64,000 bases of DNA from the NCBI GenBank assembly GCA_963778655.1, contig CAVZVA010000010.1:736001-800000 (forward strand), in the 5' to 3' direction. Every line of letters begins with the position of its first letter. Position 1 is the first letter of the stretch. Both the position numbers and the translations under genes were made by a program. The notes under the pieces were generated by a model, which did not search any database, was not told where the DNA came from, and saw nothing but the letters and a program-made list of their open reading frames with translations. This document shows positions 15,030 to 24,866 of this stretch, piece by piece. The stretch is from an uncultured delta proteobacterium (lineage in GTDB: Bacteria > Myxococcota_A > Polyangia > Polyangiales > JAFGIB01).

Positions 15030-15269
15030 GTGACGCGCGACGCTGCGATCTTTCTCGCGCTCGTGATCGTAGGCGCGGGCTGGCTGCTCGTGCACCTGTT
15101 GCTGCTGTTGCGGATCGCGCGCGCGCGGCAGGTCGGCTGGCCGCTACGGTTGCTCGCCGTGCTGCCGCCGGCCACCCCGATCGTGGGCTTCGTGGCGCGC
15201 GCGCGCGGGCTCAGCCTGCTGTGGGCGCTGCAGGGCCTCGGCTACCTCGTGCTGCGCAGCCTGAGTTGA
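15030..15269 (+). CDS. Small membrane protein
   Basis: 79-aa hydrophobic ORF filling the gap between genes. Confidence 0.55.
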   Translation: MTRDAAIFLALVIVGAGWLLVHLLLLLRIARARQVGWPLRLLAVLPPATPIVGFVARARGLSLLWALQGLGYLVLRSLS

Positions 15270-15278
15270 GCGCGCGCG

Positions 15279-15683
15279 TCATTCTAGAAAGCGCGCGCTC
15301 AGCTCGGGCGTGGGCACGCGGCACTGCGCCGCCCTGCCGAACAGGCGGTAGCGGTTGCGCGCGAAGGCGCGGTAGAGCGGGTCGCGCAACGCACGCGGCA
15401 AGAGCAGCAGCGGCGCCAGCAGTGTGAACGCGCCGCCCAGCAGCAGCGCGGTGCGCAGCACGCCCTCGCTGTCGAGATAGGCCTTGCCGCCGTCGAGTAG
15501 CACCATGGTGCTGAGCGGCAGCTCGCCCAGATCGTGCGCGCGCAGCAAGGCCTGACCGGCCTCCGACTGCAGCGCGGCGAAGCGGAAACGCGCGTCGGGG
15601 TCGTGGTCGATGACGAAGTTGACGCTGGCGTTGCAGAAGTTGCACACCCCGTCGAACAGCAGAATCGGCCCGCGCGCATCCAT
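15279..15683 (-). CDS. DCC-family thiol-disulfide oxidoreductase (YuxK-like)
   Basis: FDGVCNFC, RFAALQS, ARNRYRLFG. Confidence 0.9.
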   Translation of the reverse strand: MDARGPILLFDGVCNFCNASVNFVIDHDPDARFRFAALQSEAGQALLRAHDLGELPLSTMVLLDGGKAYLDSEGVLRTALLLGGAFTLLAPLLLLPRALRDPLYRAFARNRYRLFGRAAQCRVPTPELSARFLE

Positions 15684-15734
15684 CCGATCCTCTCCTCCAG
15701 CTAGGGTCCTGCGCCCCGTGCGTCAAGCGGCGTG

Positions 15735-16619
15735 CTAGCGGGCGCTGGCCGTCTGAGTCACGAAGTCGATCACGCGCTGCGACAGCCGCGCCGGATCGTC
15801 GATGTGCGGGCAGTGGCCGAAGCCTTCGGGCTGCTCGATCAGCGCGTGCACGGGCAAGTGCTTGCGGAAGTAGTCCAGGGAGCTCGCCGGCAACAGGCGC
15901 TCGGAACGGCCCCACAGCAACAGCACCGGCATGCTGAGCGCGCGCAGGCGCTCGGGCCCGGGCAAGTCGGCCTGGCGCGCGGACTGCAGCAGATCGGTTA
16001 CGACCCGGCGTTGCAAGGATTGCTTCAGCCCGGCGGCGAAGGCGGGCATGTAGATCGGCATGCGGTGATAGAGGCGCTCGAGCAAACGCCGGGCATCCTC
16101 GGTCGACTGCACGCGGAAGCTCTCGAGCAGGGCTTGCCATTCGGCGGCTTCCATCTGCGCGCCGGCAGGCGATACCAGCACCAGCCCGTGCACGCGCTGC
16201 GGGTGCTCGACCGCGTAGCGCAGCGCGAGCGCGCCGCCGAGCGAGTTGCCCACCAGCACCAGCGGCTCCGAGGAGAGCGGCTCCAACAGCTCGCACAGCG
16301 CGTCGAAGAACGCGCCGGCGGACATCGGGCCCTCGGGCGCGGCGCTGAAACCGTGTCCCGGTAGGTCGGGCGCCAGCACGCGCCGGGTGTGCCGGCGCAG
16401 GCGCGTGAGCACGCCCGCGAAGGGCGTGGCCGCCGAGCCGATGCCATGCAGCACCACCGTCGTTGGCAGCTCGCCTCGACCCGCGGCGTCGTATACGTGC
16501 AGTGTGGCGGCGCGAGTCGGCTGCGCGCGGCTCTCGAAGCCGCGCAGATTGAGGGCAAGCCGGCCCACTCGCTCCGCGACCGGCAATAGCCGAGCGCCCA
16601 TGTCCGGGAAGTTAAGCAT
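15735..16619 (-). CDS. Alpha/beta fold hydrolase
   Basis: LHG, DLPGHG, GNSLGG nucleophile elbow, GHCPH. Confidence 0.88.
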   Translation of the reverse strand: MLNFPDMGARLLPVAERVGRLALNLRGFESRAQPTRAATLHVYDAAGRGELPTTVVLHGIGSAATPFAGVLTRLRRHTRRVLAPDLPGHGFSAAPEGPMSAGAFFDALCELLEPLSSEPLVLVGNSLGGALALRYAVEHPQRVHGLVLVSPAGAQMEAAEWQALLESFRVQSTEDARRLLERLYHRMPIYMPAFAAGLKQSLQRRVVTDLLQSARQADLPGPERLRALSMPVLLLWGRSERLLPASSLDYFRKHLPVHALIEQPEGFGHCPHIDDPARLSQRVIDFVTQTASAR

Positions 16620-17886
16620 GGTTTGCCGGGCTGGGAAGGTAGGCCCGCAGGCAAGCCTCGAACTCCCGCACCAGCGGCTCGGGCGGAAGCTGCAGCGCCG
16701 CGTCGGTTTCGACCCCCAGCCGCAGCTCGCCGGCGTAGCCGAACAGCGTGAAGCTGATGCCGATCGCGCCCGAAGCCGGCGCGAACACCACCATCGAGCG
16801 CACCGCGTGCCCCATCAGGTGCACGCGCTCGGCGGGTCCCGGCACGTTGCTGAAGACCAGGCTCGCCTGCCGGGACAGCCGATCGACGGCGCGGTGCATC
16901 AAAGGCGGAGCGAGCAAGCCCGCGCCGGCCACCAAGGCAAGGGCGAGCCGGGTCTGGGTCGGGTCGCGCAGCTTGCGCGTCTCGGCCGCGACGCGCTCCA
17001 GCCGCCGCCACCGATCGGGCTCGTTAAGGGGCAGCTCGACGAACAGCGAGGCGAAGTGATTGCCGAGCTCGGAGTGGCCCAGTCCGCCGCCGAACGGGAC
17101 CAGCGCGCGCAGCGAGGCGGGCACGGGGGCGGCGGCTGCGCGCAGCCCGCTCGCCACGGCCGCCGCGGTCGCGCTCAGCAGCAGGTCGCTGGCGTGGCAA
17201 GCGCGCTGCGCGGCGAGGTCGGTGATGGACGCGAGGTCGAGCGCGGATGACCACGCCACGCGTTTGACTCCGCTGAGGCTGTGCAGTGCGGCGGCGCGAT
17301 CGGCTGGCGGCGTGGCGAAGCGCAGCAGGCTCGCCCCGAGCTGGCGCGCCCGAGCGCACGGGCCCGCAGGCGCGGGATGCGCGCGCGGGGCCGGCGGCGC
17401 CGGGGGCAGCTGGCGCGCCGGCGGCGGCGCATCCGCCAGCGCGCACAGCAGCGCCACCAGCGAAGCACCGTCCGCGATGCAATGGTGCACGCGAAACAGC
17501 AAGGCGCTGGCGCCGCCCGCGAGCGGCAGCAGCTCCAAGCTCCAGGGCGAGCGTGCAAACGAGAGCGGCTGCGACAGCCGCTGCGCGACCCGCTGCGCCA
17601 GGGCTGCTGGAGAGAGCGCGGGCTCGGGACCGGCGGCGTACACATGCTCGCTCAGGGCCGCACCGTGCTCGGCGCGCCAGCGCGGCCTGCGCGGGGCCAA
17701 GACCGATTCGACCACGGTGTGCGTGAAGCGCGGGTGCGACAGCAGACGCTGTGCGGCGAACTGCTGCAACACGGGCAGCGGCATCTCGTCGGCGAGCTGC
17801 AGCAACACGCCGATCTGCATCGGATTGCGCGCGGTGCTCATCCGAAAGCGGAGCGCATCTGCGGGCGTGAGAGCGGCGCCGTGCAT
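16612..17886 (-). CDS. Wax ester synthase/diacylglycerol acyltransferase (WS/DGAT)
   Basis: NPMQIG, HHCIADG active site, LGNHF, SNVPGP. Confidence 0.85.
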   Translation of the reverse strand: MHGAALTPADALRFRMSTARNPMQIGVLLQLADEMPLPVLQQFAAQRLLSHPRFTHTVVESVLAPRRPRWRAEHGAALSEHVYAAGPEPALSPAALAQRVAQRLSQPLSFARSPWSLELLPLAGGASALLFRVHHCIADGASLVALLCALADAPPPARQLPPAPPAPRAHPAPAGPCARARQLGASLLRFATPPADRAAALHSLSGVKRVAWSSALDLASITDLAAQRACHASDLLLSATAAAVASGLRAAAAPVPASLRALVPFGGGLGHSELGNHFASLFVELPLNEPDRWRRLERVAAETRKLRDPTQTRLALALVAGAGLLAPPLMHRAVDRLSRQASLVFSNVPGPAERVHLMGHAVRSMVVFAPASGAIGISFTLFGYAGELRLGVETDAALQLPPEPLVREFEACLRAYLPSPANHA

Positions 17887-17998
17887 GCTTGCAAACGTAC
17901 GCGCGCGCCGGTGGCGTGCACGCGCGGCGGTTGCGCTCGGAGCGCGGGCATCGCCTGCGGCTGACCCGTCGCCGCCCCGCGGGCGCACTGTGTAGCGT

Positions 17999-19315
17999 AT
18001 GCTCATGCCGGCCGAGCCTGCGCGCGCGTTTCGAGCCTGGCTGCGCGTCCTTTCGGGGGGCGTGCTGAGCGGATGGCTCGCGCTTGCGGGCTGTTCCCGC
18101 TCCGGCCCGCCGGACGCCGGCCCGGCCATGGGCCCTGCGGTGGTGGGCACGCAGCTGGCGGACGCGGGCGTGCTCCCGGCGCAGGTGCGGCCGGATGGCG
18201 GCCCCGCGGCGCCCAGCACAGCGGACGCGGGCGGCGGGGCCGGCGCAGGCGCGGGGTCAGCGGCCGGCGCCGCGCCGGCACCCGCGGATGCCGCTGCGCC
18301 GGCTATGGACGCGGGCGCGCCGGCCATGGATGCGGGCCCGGGCGCGAGCGCGGACGCGGGCGGCGATGCCGGCGCCGGGGCCGGCGACGCGTGCGAGCGG
18401 CTCGACCCGGCGCAGCCGCCCCAGGCCCTGATGCTGAGCGGCAACCTCGGCACCCATGATCCCAGCATCATCGCGGCCGGCGGGCGTTATTACGTGTTCC
18501 AGACCGGGCCGGGCATTCCCACCAAGAGCTCGAGCGACCTGCTGAGCTGGAGCGCCGGGCCCGCCGTGTTCAGCAGCAATCCGGCGTGGATCGCGCAGCA
18601 GGTGCCGGGCGCGAGTGATCTGTGGGCGCCCGACATCTCGTTCTTCGGCGGCCAGTACCACCTGTACTACGCGGCCTCGACCTTCGGCAGCAATCACTCG
18701 TGCATCGGCCACGCCACGCGCACGAGCCTGAGCAGCGGAAGCTGGAGTGATCACGGCGCGGTGATCTGCTCCAACGCCTCCGGCCAGAACGACAATTGGA
18801 ACGCGATCGATCCGAACGCCGCGCTCGACCAGAGCGGCACGCCGTGGCTGGTGTTCGGCAGCTTCTGGAGCGGAATCAAGGCGGTGCGCCTCGACACGAG
18901 CGGCGCGCGCGCCGACGATCAGCTGCACGCGCTGGCCACACGCCAGAGCGCCAGCGGCGCGATCGAAGCGCCCTACGTGGTGCACCACTGCGGTTACTAC
19001 TACCTGTTCACCTCGTTCGACCAGTGCTGCAAGGGCGCCGACAGCACCTACAACATCCGGGTGGGGCGCGCGAGCTCGATCCTCGGGCCCTACGTTGACC
19101 GCGACGGCACCGCCATGTTGCAGGGCGGCGGCACGCTAGTGCTGCAGGGCGGCACGCGCTGGCGCGGGCCGGGCCACAACGCCGTGCTGCTGACCGACCA
19201 CGGCGCGTTCAACGTCTATCACTCGTACGACGCCAACAACGGCGGGCAGTCGGTTCTGCGCATCTCCGAGCTGGTCTGGGACGACCAGGGCTGGCCCGTC
19301 TCGGGCGGGCCGTAG
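17999..19315 (+). CDS. GH43 endo-arabinanase-like lipoprotein
   Basis: Lipobox LAGC, Gly/Ala linker, THDPS, WAPDI, NAIDP, IEAP, GPGHN. Confidence 0.88.
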   Translation: MLMPAEPARAFRAWLRVLSGGVLSGWLALAGCSRSGPPDAGPAMGPAVVGTQLADAGVLPAQVRPDGGPAAPSTADAGGGAGAGAGSAAGAAPAPADAAAPAMDAGAPAMDAGPGASADAGGDAGAGAGDACERLDPAQPPQALMLSGNLGTHDPSIIAAGGRYYVFQTGPGIPTKSSSDLLSWSAGPAVFSSNPAWIAQQVPGASDLWAPDISFFGGQYHLYYAASTFGSNHSCIGHATRTSLSSGSWSDHGAVICSNASGQNDNWNAIDPNAALDQSGTPWLVFGSFWSGIKAVRLDTSGARADDQLHALATRQSASGAIEAPYVVHHCGYYYLFTSFDQCCKGADSTYNIRVGRASSILGPYVDRDGTAMLQGGGTLVLQGGTRWRGPGHNAVLLTDHGAFNVYHSYDANNGGQSVLRISELVWDDQGWPVSGGP

Positions 19316-19418
19316 CAGCCGCGCGCCAGCCGGCCTTGCTCGCACCGCGCCGGCTGGCTGCTGGCCCTGGCATGCGCGATACTTGTGGCCTGGGTCCGTG
19401 CGCCGGGAGCGCGCAAGG

Positions 19419-22400
19419 GTGAGGTCGCAGCGGGTGCTGCTCTCGTTCGACGAATTCGAGCTCGACACCGGGCGCCGCGAGCTGCGCTGCCGTGGCGAGC
19501 GCGTCAGGGTCGACCCGCAGGTGGTGGACCTGCTGGCGTGCCTGGCCGCGCGCGCGGGCCAGATCGTCACCAACGAAGACCTGATCGCCGAGGTCTGGCA
19601 GGGGCGCGCGGTGGCCGACAACGTGGTCAGCGTGTCGATGGCCAAGCTGCGCAAGGCGCTCCGGGCGCGCGGCGGTGCCGAGCCCTACATCGTGAACGTG
19701 TACGGCCGCGGCTACCGCTTCGTGCGCGCGGCGCGCAGCCAGGCCGCTGCCGGCGGCGAAAGGCCGGCGCTGCCGCGCTGTCGGGATGGCGTGCGGCCCG
19801 TGCCGTTCGTGGGGCGAGACACGGTGCTCGAGCGGTTGCGCGCGGCGCTCGAGCGGGCCCGCGATGGCCAGGGCGGCCTGCTTTCGCTGATCGGCGAGCC
19901 GGGCATCGGCAAGACGTGTACGCTCGAAGCGCTGGAGCGCACGCAGCGGTCGCACGGCTCGGGCTTCGCTTGGGGCCGCGTGCGCGAGCTCGAGGGCGCG
20001 CCGCCGTTGTGGCCGCTGGTGCAGGTGCTGCGCGACGTGCTCGGCCGGGTCGGGCGCGAGCGCGCGCAGGCGCACCTGGGAGCGAGCTTCGCCGAGCTGG
20101 GCCGAGTGCTGCCCGAGCTCGGACCGGCGCCCCCCGAGGCCCACGGCCCGCAGGCCCGCCACCGCACCTACGACGCGTTGCTGCGCCTGCTCGCGCTGGC
20201 GGGCGAGGCCGAGCCCTGCGTGATCGTGCTCGACGATCTGCACGAAAGTGACGACGGCACGCTCGAGCTGCTTGCGTACCTCACGCCTGAGCTCTCGCGG
20301 CTGCCCCTGCTGGTGCTGGCCACGCTGCGCGCGGCCGAGCGCCCGCGCTCGGAGACCGCCGCCGCCCGGCTCGGCTACGTGCTCGGCCACCGCAACTGCG
20401 AGCGGATCGAGCTCGCGCGCTTGTCCGAAGGCGAGGTGAGCGCGTACACGGAGCAGGTGCTCGGCCGCGGCGAGCCGGGGCTCGGCCGTGCGGTGTTCGA
20501 GCGCAGCGAGGGCAATCCGTTCTTCATGGTCGAGCTGGTGCGAAGCGCAGCAGAGCACGACGGCGCGGAGCGCCTGGCGCTCACGCTGCCCGAGCCGGCG
20601 CTGGAGCTGATGCGGCAGCGGGTGCGCAAGCTCGACCTGCAGGCGCGCGGCCTGCTCTCGTGCGCGGCGGTGATCGGCCGCAGCTTCGACCTCGGCCTGC
20701 TGGGCGCGGTCACCGGCCAACCGCTCGGCGCGCTGCTCGAGCAGCTGGACGAGGCGCTGGCCGGCGACGTCTTGGTGGCCTCGAGCGAGGACCCCAACCG
20801 CTTCGCGTTCGGACACGAGCTGATGCGCGAGGTGCTGTGCGAGGCGCTGCCCCAGAGCGAGCAACGTAAGCTGCGGCTGCGCGTTGGTGAGGCGCTCGAG
20901 CAGCGAGGGCGGAGCGGGGCGCAGACCAGCGCCGCCGAGATCGCGCATCACTTTCTGGCCGCGCTGCCCGAGGGCGAGCTGCTGCGCGCGGTGCGCTACG
21001 CGCGGCAAGCCTCGGACGAGGCCAGCGCGGCGATCGCCTACGCGGACGCCGCGAGCTTGTTGCGGCGCGCGCTGTCGGCGCTCGAGCTCGCGCCGCAGCC
21101 GCAGCCGCGGTTACGCTGCGAGCTGCTGCTGCAGCTCTCGATCAACCTGCGCCCGTTCGACGTGCCAGGGGCGCTGTCGGCGCTCGAGCAAGGCGCCGCG
21201 ACCGCGCGCGAGCACCGCTTCGGCGACGTGCTCACGCGGGTTGGCGCGATCATGGCGCCGGCGCCCGGCGTGGTGACCGATCGCAACGCGGGGCAGGTGT
21301 TGCGGGACGCGCTGCGCTGCTTGCCGGCGAGCGAGATCGCCACGCGCGCGATCGCGCTCGCGCATCAGAGCTGGACCGGGCCGTACTGCTTCGACCGCGA
21401 GCAGAGCGCGCGCCCGGCCGGCGAAGCGCTGGCTTGCGCGCAGGCCGCAAGCGAGCCCGGCGCGCTTGCCAATGCGCTGTGGGCGCAGCTCTATCTGGGC
21501 GGCGGCCCACAGCGGCCCGCAGCCCAGACCGAACGGCTGGTCTCCGAGCTGCAGCGCGTGAGCGCGCGCGAGCCGCACCACGCGCGCGTGCGCACCGGCT
21601 ACGAGCTGGGCATGTTCCAGATGATCTATGCGACGCAGCGCGGCGACCGCGCCGGCTTCGAGCGCGCGCTCGCGGCGCTCGATGCCACGGTGCAGCAGTT
21701 CGGCTTCACCGAGCTCAAGTGGCATCACCGCCGCATGCAGCTGGCGGCGCGCATGAACCGCGGCGAGCTGGCGGACGCCTATCCAGAGCTGCAGGCGCTG
21801 CACCGCGACGCCGAGCGCTACGGGTTCTTCGCGCACGAGATGATCTGCGGCCACGACCTGTTGGTGTGGGCGCTCGACAGCGTGGTCATCGACCCGGTGC
21901 CCGACGCGGCGCTGATCCCGGCGCGACCCGATCCGAACGACCCGCCCAACGTGCTGGCGCTCAAGCTGCGCACACACCTGGACCTCGGGCAGCCCGAGGT
22001 CGCGCGCGCGATCCTCGCGGACTTCAGCGCGCGCGGGATCGAGCGCCTGCCCTGCGACCGCGACTATCTGGGCACGCTCGGCCACCTGGCCGCCGCGGCC
22101 GCGGCGCTGGGCGAGCGGCCCGCGGCACAGGCGCTGCACGACTTGCTGGCGCCGTATGCCGAGTACTTCGCTACGGACGTCTCGCTGCACTGCCGCGGCT
22201 CGATCGCGCACTTTCTGGGCGTGCTGGCGCGCGCGCTCGGGCGGCTGCCCGAGGCCGTCGCGCGCTTCGAGCACGCGGTCGCCCGCAACGACGCCTTCGG
22301 GCTGCGCCTGCGCGCGGCCGACAGTCGTTACGAGCTGGCCGTGAGCCTGAGCGAGCTGGGCGGCGCGGACGCGCTGCACCGCGCAGCCGAGCGCTGCGCC

Positions 22401-22493
22401 GAGGCGACTGCTGCGGCGCGCACCCTCGGCATGCGGCCGCTGCTCGCGCGCGCCGAGCGCCTCGCCGCGCGCCTGAGGGCCAGCACGCCCTGA
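19419..22493 (+). CDS. Winged-helix + STAND AAA ATPase + TPR transcriptional regulator
   Basis: OmpR-type wHTH (NVYGRGYRF), FVGR, GEPGIGKT, LDDLH, GNPFF. Confidence 0.85.
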   Translation: MRSQRVLLSFDEFELDTGRRELRCRGERVRVDPQVVDLLACLAARAGQIVTNEDLIAEVWQGRAVADNVVSVSMAKLRKALRARGGAEPYIVNVYGRGYRFVRAARSQAAAGGERPALPRCRDGVRPVPFVGRDTVLERLRAALERARDGQGGLLSLIGEPGIGKTCTLEALERTQRSHGSGFAWGRVRELEGAPPLWPLVQVLRDVLGRVGRERAQAHLGASFAELGRVLPELGPAPPEAHGPQARHRTYDALLRLLALAGEAEPCVIVLDDLHESDDGTLELLAYLTPELSRLPLLVLATLRAAERPRSETAAARLGYVLGHRNCERIELARLSEGEVSAYTEQVLGRGEPGLGRAVFERSEGNPFFMVELVRSAAEHDGAERLALTLPEPALELMRQRVRKLDLQARGLLSCAAVIGRSFDLGLLGAVTGQPLGALLEQLDEALAGDVLVASSEDPNRFAFGHELMREVLCEALPQSEQRKLRLRVGEALEQRGRSGAQTSAAEIAHHFLAALPEGELLRAVRYARQASDEASAAIAYADAASLLRRALSALELAPQPQPRLRCELLLQLSINLRPFDVPGALSALEQGAATAREHRFGDVLTRVGAIMAPAPGVVTDRNAGQVLRDALRCLPASEIATRAIALAHQSWTGPYCFDREQSARPAGEALACAQAASEPGALANALWAQLYLGGGPQRPAAQTERLVSELQRVSAREPHHARVRTGYELGMFQMIYATQRGDRAGFERALAALDATVQQFGFTELKWHHRRMQLAARMNRGELADAYPELQALHRDAERYGFFAHEMICGHDLLVWALDSVVIDPVPDAALIPARPDPNDPPNVLALKLRTHLDLGQPEVARAILADFSARGIERLPCDRDYLGTLGHLAAAAAALGERPAAQALHDLLAPYAEYFATDVSLHCRGSIAHFLGVLARALGRLPEAVARFEHAVARNDAFGLRLRAADSRYELAVSLSELGGADALHRAAERCAEATAAARTLGMRPLLARAERLAARLRASTP

Positions 22494-22500
22494 CGCTCGT

Positions 22501-22534
22501 GCCGATGGGGCGGGAGGGGCGCGTGCCCCTCCCG
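22501..22534. repeat. Dispersed palindromic repeat family A
   Basis: CGGGAGGGGC-GCGT-GCCCCTCCCG hairpin between convergent genes. Confidence 0.7.
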
Positions 22535-22539
22535 GTTAC

Positions 22540-23655
22540 CTACTGCATGCAGCAGCCGCTGCTGGCTTTCTGGGCGATGCAGTTGTCCTTCATCAGCTGC
22601 CACACCGCCTTGGCCATGGCCGCCGAGCCCATCGAGTTCTCGTGCACGTCGAGCGCCGCGAAGTACTCCGGATGGCCGTCGAAGATCGGGATCAGATCGA
22701 GGAAGTGGCAGCGCAGCTTGCCGCCGCTCTTCTGCTCGGCTCCGTCACAGGACGCCTTGGTCATCGGTAGCGCGTAGTCGAGCATCGCGTTGGGATGATC
22801 GCCGCCCAGCGCAGTGCCGTCCGGCACGTGCGGATAGAACAGATAGACCACGTCGCTCACGCCCGAGTCAGCCATGTGCATCATCAACTGTTCCGCCGCG
22901 GCGATCGCGGTCTGTACCACCATCTGACACGCGGGCATCGAGGCGGAGTCCAGGCTGTTCTTGCACGCATCGCTGCCCGGAAACATGAGCGTGTCGGGGA
23001 TCAGAATGTCATTGCCGCCGCCGTCCATCACCACCGCCTTGATGTCGGGGTTCGCCGCCAGCGCCTGATCGAACTGAGGCGGGATCAGCCCGATGCCGCC
23101 GCTGCCCATCGAGTAGCCACCGACCGCGTACATCGGCCAGGTCTCGCCCGCTTCGTTGGCCAGATCTTGACCGAAGGTGTGGGTGGCCCAGTTGATGTAC
23201 GAGTCGCCCATCACGATCACCTGGTTGGCGTTGGTGGTGCAGGGCGGCATGACCACGGGGCCGCCGCTCGCGCCCGCGGCGCCCGAGCCCGCGCTGCCCA
23301 TGACACTGCCGCTGCCCGCGCTGCCGCTGCCCGCGTTGCCGCTGCCCATACCCGCGCCCGCCGCTGCCATGCCCGCAGAGCCGACGCCGCCCGTCCCCGG
23401 GTTGGCGGGGCTGCCCGCGCCGCCCACGCCCGAAACGCCGGTGCCGGGGCTGGCCGCTCCAGTCCCACCCGTGCCGCCCGTGTTCCCGGCGGGCACGCCG
23501 GTCCCGTTCAAATCGGTCGTGCCCCCGGTTCCGGTCGCTCCCGCGCCCGGCGCGCCGTTGTTCGGCGTGCCGCCGCCCCCATTGTTGGCAGCCGAGCACG
23601 CGGCCACTGCAAAGGCCCCGGCCACGACGGAAACTCGCAATAAATACTGTATCAT
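22540..23655 (-). CDS. SGNH/GDSL hydrolase lipoprotein
   Basis: Lipobox VAAC, Gly-rich linker, GDSY, GGGND, DVHEN. Confidence 0.8.
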   Translation of the reverse strand: MIQYLLRVSVVAGAFAVAACSAANNGGGGTPNNGAPGAGATGTGGTTDLNGTGVPAGNTGGTGGTGAASPGTGVSGVGGAGSPANPGTGGVGSAGMAAAGAGMGSGNAGSGSAGSGSVMGSAGSGAAGASGGPVVMPPCTTNANQVIVMGDSYINWATHTFGQDLANEAGETWPMYAVGGYSMGSGGIGLIPPQFDQALAANPDIKAVVMDGGGNDILIPDTLMFPGSDACKNSLDSASMPACQMVVQTAIAAAEQLMMHMADSGVSDVVYLFYPHVPDGTALGGDHPNAMLDYALPMTKASCDGAEQKSGGKLRCHFLDLIPIFDGHPEYFAALDVHENSMGSAAMAKAVWQLMKDNCIAQKASSGCCMQ

Positions 23656-23943
23656 ACCAACCCTCTTCGAAAGCGCCGCGGGCTTCGCGGCAGACTTCGC
23701 CGCTCGCGGCCCGACCCTGTTTGGCGACCGCACACCTGCTCGGCCTCACCCTCTCTCACAGGGTAGGAAGCAGCCGCTGGGCTGTCTCGCTAACAACCGC
23801 TAACAAGCGCTAATCCCGGACCCTGGCGGCCTCGGCTTTGCGCCCGCGCTTGACTTTGCGCCTGCGAAAGGGGACGCCAGGCGCCGGAGCATGGGCGAGC
23901 GCTTCGACGGACTGTACTGGGAAGCGAGCGTGCACCTGCTGCG

Positions 23944-24864
23944 ATGAGCGCGGAGTCGCGGCGCGAAGCGAAGGCCCAACGGGCGTGGCGGGCGGCGTGG
24001 CTCACGGCGACCGCCCTCGGGCTCGGGCTGACCGCCGGGCACGCGCGCGCGCAGTGGACCGAGCGCGTGCAGGTGGCGCACGCCGCGTATGCGGCCGCCA
24101 GCGCGCCCAGCGCGCTGGTGCATGCGGGCGCCGCGTTCGACCCGCACGCGCCGCTGCGGCTGGTGGTGTACCTGCACGGGCTGATGGGCTGCGCCGAGGT
24201 GTTGATGGGCGAGGGCAGCGTGGCGTGCCGGCCCGGCTACCGGCCGCTGCGCGGCTGGAACCTGGCGCGCGCGCACGACGACGCGGGTGACGGCAGCCTG
24301 TTCGTGATTCCGCAGCTCGCGTTCATGCGCCGCGACGGCAGGCCTGGGTGCTTCGGCCGCACGGGCTGCTTTCGCGCGTTCCTGCGCGAGCTGCTGCGGG
24401 CGCTGCCGGCCGCGCGCCTGGGCGGGCGCAAGACACTGCGCGACGTGGCGTCGATCACGTTGGTCGCGCACAGCGCCGGCTATCACGCGGCCGCCGCGAT
24501 CGTGAGCCGTGGCGGGGTGGGCGCGCTGGTGCACGACGTGGTGCTGTTCGACGCGCTGTATGGCGAGACCGATACCTTCCTGCGCTGGATCCGCGGCGCG
24601 CCCGCGGGCGCGCACCTGCTCTCGCTCGAAACCGGCGTCGGCTTGCCGGCACGGCACAGCGCGACGCTGCTGCGCGCCGCGCGCCGCCACTTCGGCGCCG
24701 CGCGCGTCGGCAAGCTCGACGCACAGATCGACGGCGCAGGCCTGCGCGAAGCGCTGCAACCCTTACGCGTCGCGATCGCACGCGTGAAGGTCCCGCACCG
24801 CCAGGTGCCCGCGGCCTACCTGGCGATCGTGCTGCGCGCCTTGCTGCAACCCGCACCGCCCTAG
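23944..24864 (+). CDS. Secreted alpha/beta-hydrolase-like protein
   Basis: Signal peptide, YLHG, AHSAG, LFDALY. Confidence 0.6.
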   Translation: MSAESRREAKAQRAWRAAWLTATALGLGLTAGHARAQWTERVQVAHAAYAAASAPSALVHAGAAFDPHAPLRLVVYLHGLMGCAEVLMGEGSVACRPGYRPLRGWNLARAHDDAGDGSLFVIPQLAFMRRDGRPGCFGRTGCFRAFLRELLRALPAARLGGRKTLRDVASITLVAHSAGYHAAAAIVSRGGVGALVHDVVLFDALYGETDTFLRWIRGAPAGAHLLSLETGVGLPARHSATLLRAARRHFGAARVGKLDAQIDGAGLREALQPLRVAIARVKVPHRQVPAAYLAIVLRALLQPAPP

Positions 24865-24866
24865 GA